Notes under the pieces: generated by a model | The model's database searches: none | Seen by the model: the letters and a program-made list of their open reading frames with translations, nothing else | Told to the model about the DNA's origin: nothing | Origin: Candidatus Latescibacterota bacterium | Lineage (GTDB): Bacteria > Latescibacterota > UBA2968 > UBA8231 | Direction: 5' to 3' | Length of the DNA stretch: 64,000 bases | Assembly: GCA_965261395.1 (NCBI GenBank) | Contig: OZ253462.1 | Span: 5,248,001 to 5,312,000 of the forward strand | In this document: positions 30,850 to 40,939 of the stretch, piece by piece | Position numbering within the stretch: the first letter of the stretch is position 1 | How the letters are laid out: every line of letters begins with the position of its first letter | Program-made: the position numbers and the translations under genes

Positions 30850-31857
30850 CTAACGCCCCAACACCAACTCCCGCGAGGTCGCCAACAGCGCCTCCTTGCG
30901 CGACAGATCCGCAGCCAGCGGCAACTGAGCCACGCCGATGAGCCGCCGCATAATCTCCATGCCGGCAAATTGCAGTGCCAAGCTATGGGAAAGCGAGGAG
31001 TTGGCACCGTAGTGGGCAAACACCGACTGCGCCAGTTCCAAGGGGCGACCGGCGAGCAACAAGTGGCCGACGAGAATGCCCACGTCGAATTCCGGCGGGC
31101 CAAAGAAGCAAAACTCCGGGTCGATGATCCACACGCCCCCGCCGGCGCGCACCCAACTTCCCGGATAGAAGTCTCCGTGCAACAGGCAGGGGCCGTTTTC
31201 CAAGTAGAGCGCGCCCAAGCTTTGCAAGGCTTTGCAATACGCCGCGTCGCCTTGCAAAGCTTGGGCGACCCGCGCCAGCCCAGGCGTGATCGCGTCGAGG
31301 TCGAGGCCGTTGTCCGGGCGCAGTGGGAAGCAGTACAGATGCTCGTGGTTGAGCTGGCGCATGGCGCGGTTTTCCAAGCGCGTCCGGGTCGGCTCGTCAA
31401 AGGCCGCTTGGTGCAAGGCCGCCAACCACTGGCACAGACCCGGCAAGGATGCAAACGCAGCTTCGCCATCATTGTACAAATCGGTACAATCCGCAGTCTC
31501 CCCCAAGTCTTCAAACGCGGCAACAAAATTCTCCTCGTCCCAGCCCAAGAAGCCGGGCATGCGCTCGGCCACCAACGGGCAGCCGGCAACGGCTCGGTAA
31601 AAGGCAGCCTCCACCAGCACCCGCTCCTCGGGCGCGGGGATGGCTGGGTATTTCTCGACCCAGGGACGCGATTGCTTGAGTATGAAGGAACGCTCTGCGG
31701 TCTGCACGCGCAGGGTGAGGTTCATGTTGCCTTCGCCAGCGCGGCCTAGCGCACACACCGATTCCGCGGGCAAAAGCCATCCTCGGGAGCGCACGTACGC
31801 GGCCAGCTCTTCAGGCCGGTCGATGTGCAGCAACGTGTAATTCGCTCGGTTTTCCAT
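30850..31857 (-). CDS. 5-methylthioribose kinase-like phosphotransferase
   Basis: GEGNMN, KQSRPWV, LLHGDF and IIDPEFCFFG motifs. Confidence 0.78.
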   Translation of the reverse strand: MENRANYTLLHIDRPEELAAYVRSRGWLLPAESVCALGRAGEGNMNLTLRVQTAERSFILKQSRPWVEKYPAIPAPEERVLVEAAFYRAVAGCPLVAERMPGFLGWDEENFVAAFEDLGETADCTDLYNDGEAAFASLPGLCQWLAALHQAAFDEPTRTRLENRAMRQLNHEHLYCFPLRPDNGLDLDAITPGLARVAQALQGDAAYCKALQSLGALYLENGPCLLHGDFYPGSWVRAGGGVWIIDPEFCFFGPPEFDVGILVGHLLLAGRPLELAQSVFAHYGANSSLSHSLALQFAGMEIMRRLIGVAQLPLAADLSRKEALLATSRELVLGR

Positions 31858-32075
31858 TTTATATCGCGTTCGTCTTTTTGCTTGCCACTAAGGTATAAGA
31901 CGACGGGGGCGAGACAATACCAAGGGCGGGATGCGCACACTCCAATCGGCTTGATAGCACCCCCACCAGCTTGACATCAAGCGAGCAAACCCTATCAATT
32001 GAGGCATGTCCCATCGCGCAGTGCGAGTCAAAGCCGCGATTCCACAACCAAGCTGCACCGGCGACCTCAGAATCT

Positions 32076-33566
32076 ATGACACCTGCTGACCTTGATATCC
32101 TCATTCAGCAAGGCGAAGGCACCACGCTTGAGTTCAAAGAGAGCCTCTCGTCGTCGTTCTCGCGAGAGCTCGTGGCTATGGCCAACACAGTCGGGGGCAA
32201 GCTCCTGCTCGGGGTGCGCGATGACGGCACGGTGATCGGCGTCAAAGACTCCAACGCCCTGCGCGCCCGTATTCAGGACATCGCCCGCAACTGCGACCCT
32301 CCGGTGAAGGTACTGGTGGAGCCAGTGGATGACGTATTAGCAGTTCATGTACGGGAAAGCGACGCCAAGCCAGTGCAGTGCAGCGAGGGCTTCTTTTGGC
32401 GTCAGGGCGCGGGGACCCAAAAGCTCAGCCGCGACGAAATCCGCGATTTCTTCCGCAGCGAAGGCGTGATCCGGTTCGACCTCTCGCCCTGCCCCCGTTT
32501 CAGCTACCCAGAGGACTTCGACCGCGCGAAGTACGACGCTTGGCTCAAGCTGTCCGGCATCACTGGACAACCGCCGGTTGAAGACGTGCTGGTCAACATC
32601 GAGGTCGCCGAGCGAGCGGGCGACAAGCTGCTCTTCCGCAACGCGGGCGTGCTCTTCTTCGCCAAGAACGTGCGCCACTTCTTCCCGGAGGCATACATCA
32701 CCTGCCTGCTGGGCAAGGGCGCGGACAAAGTGCATATCCTCGACCGACGAGACTTTGACGGCGGCATCGTAGCCGACATTGAGGACACCCTGAGCTTCAT
32801 TGAGCGCAATACCCGCACGGCCTATCGCATTGAAAGCCTGCGCCGCGAGAACATCCCGGAATACCCGATGAAGGCGCTGCGCGAGGCCATCACCAACGCG
32901 GTCATGCACCGCGATTGGTTTTTCGAAGGTGCCAATGTCTTCGTCGAGATCTACGCCAATCGCATTGAGGTGATAAGTCCCGGTACATTGCCAACGGGAC
33001 TGAAGTTGGCCGAACTCGGCCGCGAGAGCATCCGCCGCAATCCACTAATCGCCGATCTGCTCCACCGCATCGAATTTATCGAGAAGGCGGGCACTGGCAT
33101 TCGCCGCATTCGGGACGAGGCGCGGGAACAGGGCTGCCCAGAACCGGAATTTAAGATTCGGGGAGCCTTTTTCGTCGTTGTTTTCCGGCCGGACCCCGAG
33201 GTGCGGGCACTAGAAGATCAAGTTACCGGGGAAGTTACCACGCAAGATACCCCCCATGATACCATGCAAGTTACCCCCCATGATACCCCCCATGATACCA
33301 TACAAGTTACCCCCCATGATACCGGAATAGTGCGTCTGTTAGAGGTAATATCGAGCGAGATGAACAGAAGACAGATCCAAGAAGCCTTGGGCCTTAAGAA
33401 TACCAAACACGTCCGCAAAACCTACCTATTGCCCGCCCTGCAAGCCGGCCTGATCGAAATGACCATCCCCGACAAGCCGCGTAGCAAAAAGCAGCGTTAC
33501 CGCCTAACGACGGCGGGACGCGAATATTTGCACAAATTCAAAGGGCAGGATAATGGCGAAGACTGA
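32076..33566 (+). CDS. Schlafen/AlbA_2 + HATPase_c_4 + C-terminal HTH protein
   Basis: GEGTTLEFKE...VAMANTVGG..GVRDDG; ALREAITNAVMHRD; RNPLIA; EKAGTGI; TIPDKPRSKKQRYRLT. Confidence 0.88.
   Translation: MTPADLDILIQQGEGTTLEFKESLSSSFSRELVAMANTVGGKLLLGVRDDGTVIGVKDSNALRARIQDIARNCDPPVKVLVEPVDDVLAVHVRESDAKPVQCSEGFFWRQGAGTQKLSRDEIRDFFRSEGVIRFDLSPCPRFSYPEDFDRAKYDAWLKLSGITGQPPVEDVLVNIEVAERAGDKLLFRNAGVLFFAKNVRHFFPEAYITCLLGKGADKVHILDRRDFDGGIVADIEDTLSFIERNTRTAYRIESLRRENIPEYPMKALREAITNAVMHRDWFFEGANVFVEIYANRIEVISPGTLPTGLKLAELGRESIRRNPLIADLLHRIEFIEKAGTGIRRIRDEAREQGCPEPEFKIRGAFFVVVFRPDPEVRALEDQVTGEVTTQDTPHDTMQVTPHDTPHDTIQVTPHDTGIVRLLEVISSEMNRRQIQEALGLKNTKHVRKTYLLPALQAGLIEMTIPDKPRSKKQRYRLTTAGREYLHKFKGQDNGED
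33219..33326 (+). repeat. Coding minisatellite of 12-bp units (~9 degenerate copies)
   Basis: CAAGTTACCCCC/CATGATACCxxx units encoding QVTG EVTT QDTP HDTM QVTP HDTP HDTI QVTP HDTG. Confidence 0.9.
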
Positions 33567-33639
33567 GGCTCACTACCGCGTACACCGCAGGCGTCTTCGC
33601 GAACACTTCTTTAAGAGCGGCTTGGCTGAACAGTGCTAA
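33553..33639 (+). pseudogene. Probable radC (UPF0758) 5' remnant
   Basis: MAKTEAHYRVHRRRLREHFFKSGL resembles the RadC N-terminus HYxGHRxRLRxRFxxxG; stops after 28 aa. Confidence 0.55.
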
Positions 33640-33686
33640 GAAGCATTCTTAAAACTCACGTCGGATGTCAGGTATCGGCACATGCA

Positions 33687-33721
33687 AAAGCGCCCGATGC
33701 CGAGGAGACATCGGGCGCTTT
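33687..33721. terminator. Hairpin between convergent genes, probably a terminator
   Basis: AAAGCGCCCGATG-N9-CATCGGGCGCTTT, a perfect 13-bp stem. Confidence 0.75.
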
Positions 33722-33740
33722 GCAGGGGTCGAAGAATGGA

Positions 33741-33768
33741 GTAGGCGCGACCGGCCGGTCGCCCCTAC
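33741..33768. repeat. GTAG-type REP-like palindrome
   Basis: GTAGGCGCGACCGGCCGGTCGCCCCTAC, a near-perfect palindrome. Confidence 0.7.
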
Positions 33769-34778
33769 TTGAGGTAGAGTAGGCGCTGAGTCTGCACCCC
33801 ACCCGGATAGTGCAGCCGCACCAGATACATCCCCGCCGACACCATCGCGCCGCGCCGATCGCGCGCATCCCAGCGAACCTTATAGAAGCCAGCGTCCTGG
33901 TATTGATCGACCAGGGTGCGCAGGGGTTGTCCGAGGAGGTTGTAAATCTCCAGTCGCACCGCGCCGGGCGTGGCCAAGCGGTAGGGGATGAGGGTGCGGC
34001 TGTTGAAGGGGTTGGGGAAATTGGGTGCCAAGCCGGACGACGCGGCCACCACCTTGGCCGCTGCGGCCGTCACGTTGACATAGTTGGATCGGTTGCCCAC
34101 GCCAGCAGAGTTGATGGCCTTCACCCGGTAGGCGTGCCGCACCTCCGGCGTCGCCTCCGTATCGGTGTAGCTCGTCGCCGTGCTGCCGGTGTCGGCCACG
34201 TAGATTAGCAGTTCGTCCTCGCCGAGGGATGGGCGTCGCCGCAGGATTTGGTAGCCGGTGATCGTATCGTCGTCGGGCGCGTCCCAGCTCAGGGTGATCG
34301 AGCCGTCGCTGTTGGCGACTCCCGTCAGGTTCTGCGGTGCCGGCGGCGGCTCTTGGGGCTGTTCTTCCTCCGGCTCCGCCGCTTCTTGCGCCGGGCCCAG
34401 CACTATGGCCGCAATGCTCACCGACAACGGCCGCCCGGCACCGGTGCAGATCGCGCCCGTCTCGTCGCAGGCCTGTGGTGGCGAGAGCGAGACGGACACC
34501 GCCGCGTCCGACGCCGGCTCCACGGTGATCTTCCACAGATCCCGCCGCTTGTCGACCCGCCGCGCCTTCGTCACCGCGCCGCCGCTCACCCCCACGCTGT
34601 GGTCGCGGAACGCCTCGTAGCCGATCACGATCGCCTCGCTGAAGGCGATCCGGAAGGTGAACGCGGTCTCCCCGTCGTGCGTCGCCGGCAGCCCCTCGAA
34701 CGCCGCCGTCAGCGGCTCCGCCACGCTGGCTTGGGCGCCACCGGCTCCCGAATCGCCCGACGAGTCATCCTCGTCCAT
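33765..34778 (-). pseudogene. 5'-truncated surface protein: Ig-like module, fibronectin type III domain and PNPFN/FlgD-Ig C-terminal domain
   Basis: PLTAAFEGLPATHDG..FTFRIAFSE module; FN3 PPAPQNL...LSWDAP...YRVKAINSAG; NFPNPFN...WDARD; no signal peptide. Confidence 0.7.
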
Positions 34779-35489
34779 CACGAGTTTCAAACCACCGACA
34801 GTAGCCCGCCCATGCCGCACCGCATGGCCGGCTATATCGGGCGCGGCATTGAGCAGCACGGCCTGCCCATTTACTCCAACGTCATCTATCTGCGTCCTGA
34901 CGCCGGCCGCACCGATCCGGGGCACTATCTCCAAGAGCGGCACGGCTACCGCGTCCTAGTGCAATACAAGGTGATTCGGCTGATTGAACTAGATGGCCAA
35001 CGCATTCTCGACGCGAGGCATTCGGGCTTGCTGCCGTTTGCCCCGTTGATGCAGCGGCCGACGGGAGTGGATGCCGAGGCGTGGTTGCGCCAGTGTGTCC
35101 ACCGGGCGCAAGAGGTACCGATGGACGAGACCGTCAAGGCCAATTACTTGGCCAATCTTGCGATTTTGAGCGGATTGGTGTATAACTTAGAAACGATTAG
35201 GACCATCATCTCGGAGGAGACTATGTACGAATCGTCGGTAGTGCAGTATTTTACGGAAAAGGCCCTTGAGCAAGGCATCGAGCAAGGCATCGAGCGAGGA
35301 GGCCGAGAACGCGCCATTGAAGATCTGCTCGACGTGCTGGCGATTCGCTTTGCGCTGGCCGCGTCGGATCCGTTGGCCGCCCGCATTGGGGCCATTGACG
35401 ATTTGCAGCGCCTCAAGCAGTTGTTTCGGGCGGCTGTACAGGTGCCGAGCCTCGAAGCCTTTAGGCACCTGTTAGATGCCGCAGAGTAG
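34764..35489 (+). pseudogene. 5'-truncated Rpn/YhgA-like (PD-(D/E)xK, transposase-like) gene
   Basis: ILVHHEFQT...MPHRMAGY, LLPFAPL, MYESSVVQ, EQGIEQGIERG and I.DLQRLKQL motifs; the N-terminal region is replaced by the antisense of the FN3 gene. Confidence 0.72.
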
Positions 35490-35516
35490 GGGCACGGCGT
35501 AACGTCAGTAAGTAAT

Positions 35517-35565
35517 CGTCTTCGCCAACACTTCTTCAAGAGCGGCTTGGCCGAACAGTGCTCAG
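35517..35565 (+). repeat. 49-bp direct repeat of 33592-33640 (4 mismatches)
   Basis: CGTCTTCGC(G/C)AACACTTCTT(T/C)AAGAGCGGCTTGGC(T/C)GAACAGTGCT(A/C)AG. Confidence 0.9.
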
Positions 35566-35584
35566 GCGTCCCTCTCTCGGTTAG

Positions 35585-38500
35585 CTAAACCCCCACCCCC
35601 GTCCCCTGCGCCAACTTCTCGCCCTCAATCAAGTATTCCTCCCGCACCTCGGGCGCAATCGTCCGCCAGACCAAGAAGCGCTTGCGCAGCACGTTGAGGA
35701 AGCTGGTGTTGAGCCGCTGCCAGCTCACCACATCGCCGCTGATGCGCTGCAAGTGCATCTCGATGCGGTAAATGCCCGGAATATCGTCGGTCGGCAAGGT
35801 GCGCAGGAACACCCGCTGGCTCACTCCCAAGTCGTAGGGCGCGAGCCACACCATCAGTTCCAGCAAATAGACCGGCTGCGCGCCGCCCTGCTCCAAGTGG
35901 AAATCCACGCCCTCGGTCATAAAGTCACCCACCGATCCCTCGCCATACGACGAGAAAACACGATGCAGGTACGCGCACGAGCCCAAGGCATCGCCCTTGG
36001 CCAGCGTAAAGGGAAAGTCAAAGCGCCAGTCGTCGCCGTCGGGCGGCGGAAACTCCCAGCGCCGCGTCACGTCGGGCACGGCCATGGCCGCGGCCTTGCG
36101 CGCCGGATACAGGGTCGAGAGCACCACCACCACCATCACGATCAAGGTCGAGAAGATCGCCGACAGCGACGAGTAATTGAGAAACATCCCACCCAAAAGC
36201 GCATAGTGCGCCAGCAGCAAAGTCGTCGTCTGCCCGACCAAATAGCCCAGCACCGCGCCGACAATGGCAAACACGAGAGCCTCGGCCATGAACAGCGAGG
36301 CAATGTGACTCGGTGCCAGCCCCACCGACGAATACACCCCGATCTCACCGGAGCGCTCGTACACGGCTCCGAGCATGGTGTTGAGCACGATCAGCGAGGC
36401 GATCAACAAGGGCACGAAGAGATTGCCAATCCCCGCCAAAGACGCCGATCCCATAGACGTGTACACCCGCACGCGATCACCAGCGCCGACAAAAAGCGGC
36501 ACGGCAACCCGCGACACGAATTCCTCAACCTCAGCGAGCAAGGTCTCCCGATCGGCAAAGCCGGCGATGGCAATCGAGCGCAGCGTACCACCCAAATCGA
36601 CGACCTGCTGGTAGGGCAAGAACGCCACGTTGTTGGCCAGCAGGTGAGTAAAGGTCTCAATCGCGGCCGTATCCATTAGGCGCGGGTCCAACCCGGCCAT
36701 TTCCTCCATCTTCTTGGCCTCGGCAACCGTATCCACGGGCATTAGGCTCTCGTTGTCCAAATCGCGCAGCCGGTCGATGGCCTCGCCGTCGATTAAGCCA
36801 ATGACCCGATAGGAGCGCCCCATCAGGCCAATGTGGGCCGTGCCCACATCCTCCGGGCCAATGCCCAAGATCGCCGCCATAGCCACCGGCAGGATGCACA
36901 CGTCGCGCTCGCCATCCGCAAACCAGCGGCTCGCCGGCCCCACCAACAGCCCTTCCAGCCCCATCACCGCGCCCTCGCCGGGGGTCACCCCGAGGATGGC
37001 TGAGGCAAAGCTCTTCTTTTGCACCAGCTTGTGTTCAATGTCGATATAGGCCCGCTCGCCAATGACCTTAGACGTCACCCACGACCTCGGCAGCACGTGT
37101 GCCTGGTCGCCAAACGCGCTCTCCGCATAGTCGAGCACCGATAGCTGCAAGCCCTTCCAGCCGCGGTCGCGCAGCAGGGCACCCTCGTAGCTGGGCACAT
37201 TCGGGCGGGGAATCTGATAGAACTTGAGATAGCTCTGCACCGAGGTGAAGGCCTGGGCAGTAAAGGTCAACAGCGTCAGGGTGACAACCGTCAGCGCGGT
37301 GCGCAGCTTGCGCTTGCGGAGGTTGGAAATCCCCAGCGATGCGGCCGCGGCCGTGGCGCTGAGGCGACCGATGTCCGCTTCGTGGACGCCGGATGCGGCC
37401 CGCTTGCGCTGGCCGACGGCGCGGGTAAAGCGACCCATAATCATCAGCAGGGCCGTGCCGCCGATGGCGAAGATGACAAAGGCCAAAAAGATGATGTACG
37501 GCGACGAGCTCAGCTTGAAGGCCGGGTGGATAAAGCGCATGATGAGGAAGATCGCCAAAAAGAAAAACGCTGCGCCCGCCACTTGGCGGCGGATGTCGGC
37601 AAAGCCGAAGAACAGCCGCTCGCAGCAAAACGAAAACGGCAGCAACAGCGCGAAGTAGAAGATCACCCCATAGACCGTGTCGTCCGCGGTCGATTTGATG
37701 TCTGGGTAGCCCCGCCCTTCAAGGCCCCACGCCTTGCGCGTGGCCCGCTTGAACTCGCTGTAGCGCCGCGCCTGTAAATGCTCTTCGGCCTCCAACAGGG
37801 CCAAGCGCGCCTCTTCGTGCAGGCGCATGAACTTGTCGTTGCGCACCCCGTAGCGCGCCAACTGCTTGATCCGCACGTCGTCGAGGACCCACATGTCGCG
37901 CGCAGCCGCGTACCCGGGGCGCAACACCACGCCTTGATCCACCAGATAGCCGCGGCCGAGGGCCTGCTTTATCGTCGCCTCATCCACGTCTTCAGGGCGC
38001 ACCGGCTCGGCCACCCATTCGGCGGGCGCGCCGCTCAGCAGGTAGCGCACGCCGAAGAGGCTGGTACTCATCAGGACTTTGACTCGGGTGCCGGGTTGGG
38101 CATACACCACCGAAGCGAGCGTTACCTTGCCCTCCTCATTGCTCTGCCTTTCGACGAAGTCGGCCCCCCACGACTGCGGCACGCCGTCGCGCTCGTCGAG
38201 TACGGTCACGTGGTCCAAGACCGACAGGTAGCGCGAGTCAACGGTCTCGAACAGACTCAGCGCCCGGCACTCGAAGAGCACTTGCAGCATCTCGTTTTCC
38301 CACCAGCCCCACGGATGCACGGTCGGGTACGTCTCGTCGCCCTCTTGGCCCATGTCCGGCGCTGAGATAATCGCGCCGTAGGGATCGAGTTCGTACGCGC
38401 GGATCGCATTGTCTAGCTTGTTGCGCATGATGTCAAAGTGGAAGCGACCCGCGTCGTCGGCTTCTTGTGCGATCAAGGTGCGGACCCCGCCGACCGAGTT

Positions 38501-40186
38501 CGGGCCGAGTTGTTGATAGGTCACCAACGCCTGCGGCACCGGCTTCTTGGGCACGGCAAAATTGACGTCGCGGTCGAACCAATAGATCGCGCCCGCCAAG
38601 CTGTGGCCGTAGTCTTCCAGCTCCAACTTGGTCGGCTTGAGCAGCTCGGCGTCGCGGCCAGCCCACGCCAACATGGCCGCCAGCGTCTGGATCTGCCGCG
38701 TGAGGTTTTGCATGTCCACGGCTTCCGGCAGGTCGAGCGGCGTGTCGACCCGCTCGCGCGCATCGTTGGCCGTAGCCAGAGCGAGGGCCTTTTGACCGAC
38801 AAAGGCCGCGGCCTCGCTGGCAAAGGCGAGCGGGATGGACATGAAGTTTTTCCACGTGCGCTTAGGCGGGGCAATGCCCTCGTAGTGGCGCGTGGTGTCG
38901 CCAAAGGTCTCTTCGACCGCGAGGCTTAACCGCTTGGAATAGGGCGTCAACATGTATTTGATGTAGTTGTCGGTGCGCCACTTGGGATTGTAGAAGGTGC
39001 CCATCCCAAAGCTGGCCGTGCGATCGGCGTGGCTCGACAGATCCAGCGATAGCATCAGGTCGAAGTCGATGCGCTCGGCCGGGTTCATGCGCTCGCGGAA
39101 ATAGTCGCTGCGGCGGCTGTGCCGATAGAGGAAATCATTGATCCCGGACAGGCCCTCAAAGTGCCCGGAGGTCGCTAAAAATAGCACCGAGTAGTGAGGG
39201 CGATGTTCTTTGAACAGCTCCACTAGCTGGAGCAGGGCGACGATCCCGGCCGCGTTTTCCGCTCCGGGGGCGAGGGCCGGCACGACCGAGATGGCGTCGT
39301 AATAGGCTTGGATGACGATGGTTTGGTCCTGCCACGCCTGTGGCTGTTCTCGGCTCTTGGCAGGCAGCATCTCTGGCGACCCAGGCAGGTAGCCATACAC
39401 ATTGTGCGCTTCCACGCCTTCCCAATCCATCCGTGCATTTAAGTGGACAGCGACCGGCCCGTCTTGCAGGCGCGCCAGCAGGTCGAGCGCGTCTTGCCGC
39501 TCGAGCCAAAATCGCGGAATGTCAACCGGCACCTTGAGGAACTTGTCGGCGGCTTGCTCGCGGTTGACGCCGCCATTGTCGAAGAAGACGATGGCCTTGG
39601 CCCCCAGCGATGCGGCGTGGAGGTAATTTTGACCGCTGGCAAAGTCCAAGAGCACGACGCTGCCCTGCACGGGCTGACCGTCCAGCGCTTTGAGTCTCCC
39701 TTGACCTCCGTAGATCAGGGGGCCGCGCACGCCGTCCGGCCCCAGCGAGGACGTGCGCACGCCATTGGGCCACAAGCTATAGAGCCGCTTGCTGTCACCG
39801 CCTTGCACCACCAGTTCGCCGCCGCGATCTATGGGCACGGCCACTTCAAATGCCTCGCTCTGCACGTCCTCCAGCCCCAGCGCCTCAAACCGCTGGCGCA
39901 CGTAGTCGCGGGCCTGCCGCTCTCCTGCATAGCCCGGCACCCGCGAGCCGAAGGCAGCAAAGCGCGCGATCTCAGCGGCAATGTCCGCCTCGTCAATGCC
40001 GGCGGCCAAGGCGCGAAGCTGGGCGGCTTGCGCAGGATCCACCATCCGCGCTTCTACGGGCGGGTTGGGTGCCCAGCCGAAGAAGTCGTTTACCGCGCGA
40101 TTGATTGCGCCCGGATCGCCGAAACCGACGACCACAATCATAGCAGCGGCGAATAGCAAGAAAAACGCATTGAGTAGTTTGGCCAT
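35585..40186 (-). CDS. Very large membrane protein: M28-peptidase-like/PA domain fused to an FtsX/MacB-type permease
   Basis: SRVPGYAGE, HNVYGYLPG, AYYD...PGAENAAG; SNLRKRKLRTALT and VYERSGEIGVYSSVGLAP FtsX motifs; many transmembrane segments. Confidence 0.78.
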   Translation of the reverse strand: MAKLLNAFFLLFAAAMIVVVGFGDPGAINRAVNDFFGWAPNPPVEARMVDPAQAAQLRALAAGIDEADIAAEIARFAAFGSRVPGYAGERQARDYVRQRFEALGLEDVQSEAFEVAVPIDRGGELVVQGGDSKRLYSLWPNGVRTSSLGPDGVRGPLIYGGQGRLKALDGQPVQGSVVLLDFASGQNYLHAASLGAKAIVFFDNGGVNREQAADKFLKVPVDIPRFWLERQDALDLLARLQDGPVAVHLNARMDWEGVEAHNVYGYLPGSPEMLPAKSREQPQAWQDQTIVIQAYYDAISVVPALAPGAENAAGIVALLQLVELFKEHRPHYSVLFLATSGHFEGLSGINDFLYRHSRRSDYFRERMNPAERIDFDLMLSLDLSSHADRTASFGMGTFYNPKWRTDNYIKYMLTPYSKRLSLAVEETFGDTTRHYEGIAPPKRTWKNFMSIPLAFASEAAAFVGQKALALATANDARERVDTPLDLPEAVDMQNLTRQIQTLAAMLAWAGRDAELLKPTKLELEDYGHSLAGAIYWFDRDVNFAVPKKPVPQALVTYQQLGPNSVGGVRTLIAQEADDAGRFHFDIMRNKLDNAIRAYELDPYGAIISAPDMGQEGDETYPTVHPWGWWENEMLQVLFECRALSLFETVDSRYLSVLDHVTVLDERDGVPQSWGADFVERQSNEEGKVTLASVVYAQPGTRVKVLMSTSLFGVRYLLSGAPAEWVAEPVRPEDVDEATIKQALGRGYLVDQGVVLRPGYAAARDMWVLDDVRIKQLARYGVRNDKFMRLHEEARLALLEAEEHLQARRYSEFKRATRKAWGLEGRGYPDIKSTADDTVYGVIFYFALLLPFSFCCERLFFGFADIRRQVAGAAFFFLAIFLIMRFIHPAFKLSSSPYIIFLAFVIFAIGGTALLMIMGRFTRAVGQRKRAASGVHEADIGRLSATAAAASLGISNLRKRKLRTALTVVTLTLLTFTAQAFTSVQSYLKFYQIPRPNVPSYEGALLRDRGWKGLQLSVLDYAESAFGDQAHVLPRSWVTSKVIGERAYIDIEHKLVQKKSFASAILGVTPGEGAVMGLEGLLVGPASRWFADGERDVCILPVAMAAILGIGPEDVGTAHIGLMGRSYRVIGLIDGEAIDRLRDLDNESLMPVDTVAEAKKMEEMAGLDPRLMDTAAIETFTHLLANNVAFLPYQQVVDLGGTLRSIAIAGFADRETLLAEVEEFVSRVAVPLFVGAGDRVRVYTSMGSASLAGIGNLFVPLLIASLIVLNTMLGAVYERSGEIGVYSSVGLAPSHIASLFMAEALVFAIVGAVLGYLVGQTTTLLLAHYALLGGMFLNYSSLSAIFSTLIVMVVVVLSTLYPARKAAAMAVPDVTRRWEFPPPDGDDWRFDFPFTLAKGDALGSCAYLHRVFSSYGEGSVGDFMTEGVDFHLEQGGAQPVYLLELMVWLAPYDLGVSQRVFLRTLPTDDIPGIYRIEMHLQRISGDVVSWQRLNTSFLNVLRKRFLVWRTIAPEVREEYLIEGEKLAQGTGVGV

Positions 40187-40353
40187 GAAATTCGCTTTGT
40201 CTGTAGAATGGGACGAGCGGCTGTCAAGATATGGCATCGACGGGGGAGGTTCAAGCGCGAAAGGAGATCAGTCGGTCCCCAAGTCTCAACACCGTACCAG
40301 AATAAGCGGAAAGAGCGTCTTTCCCAACGATTACTTCTCACGGCTTGATTTGC

Positions 40354-40382
40354 TTGACATGGCTAAACATGGGAAGTAAAAT
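40354..40382 (+). promoter_or_regulatory. Sigma70 promoter
   Basis: TTGACA-N17-TAAAAT upstream of 40457. Confidence 0.75.
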
Positions 40383-40456
40383 GTGAGAAAGTCGCTACGG
40401 GATCGTTAGCTAAGAATCTATTTGAGAGCTTCTCAAGAGATTGTAGCCAGTCATAC

Positions 40457-40939
40457 ATGGAGGTTCATACTGTGGAAACTCATACAATAAGACGCGTCGA
40501 TATTGCAGTGTACAGTCCAGATAGGAAACTCCAACTTGTCGTCGAAATCAAAAATAAACTTGGTGCATCCGCTGAGTGGGTCACCCGTATGCGTCACAAT
40601 TTATTGGTTCATTCGTTCATACCGCATGTGCCTTACTTCTTCCTCGTGCTCCCTGACTTTTTCTATCTGTGGACAGACACCACGCCTATGAATAATCTGG
40701 CAAAACCTGACTATAAAATAGAGGCCGCGAAAATACTGGCACCATATCTTAAGCCAACCCGCTCTCTTAACAACCTAAGTGGGTATGGACTCGAACTGCT
40801 TACGATTTCGTGGCTGGAAGATATGGTTCGTACAGATTTGCAACAAAACTCAGTTAACCCAAATCTCCAATGGCTCTTTGACTCAGGTTTATACGAAGCG
40901 ATTGCACACGGTTCTGTTGCGATCGAAGATACGGTATGA
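40457..40939 (+). CDS. Hypothetical protein with a restriction-endonuclease-like (PD-(D/E)xK) motif
   Basis: RVDIAVY...LVVEIK; AT-rich; ATGA overlap with the next gene. Confidence 0.6.
   Translation: MEVHTVETHTIRRVDIAVYSPDRKLQLVVEIKNKLGASAEWVTRMRHNLLVHSFIPHVPYFFLVLPDFFYLWTDTTPMNNLAKPDYKIEAAKILAPYLKPTRSLNNLSGYGLELLTISWLEDMVRTDLQQNSVNPNLQWLFDSGLYEAIAHGSVAIEDTV

Noticed and set aside
34248-35489. 413-aa full-length plus-strand protein
   Set aside because: The first ~170 aa are the antisense of the FN3 gene; only the part from ~34764 looks like a real Rpn-like protein.
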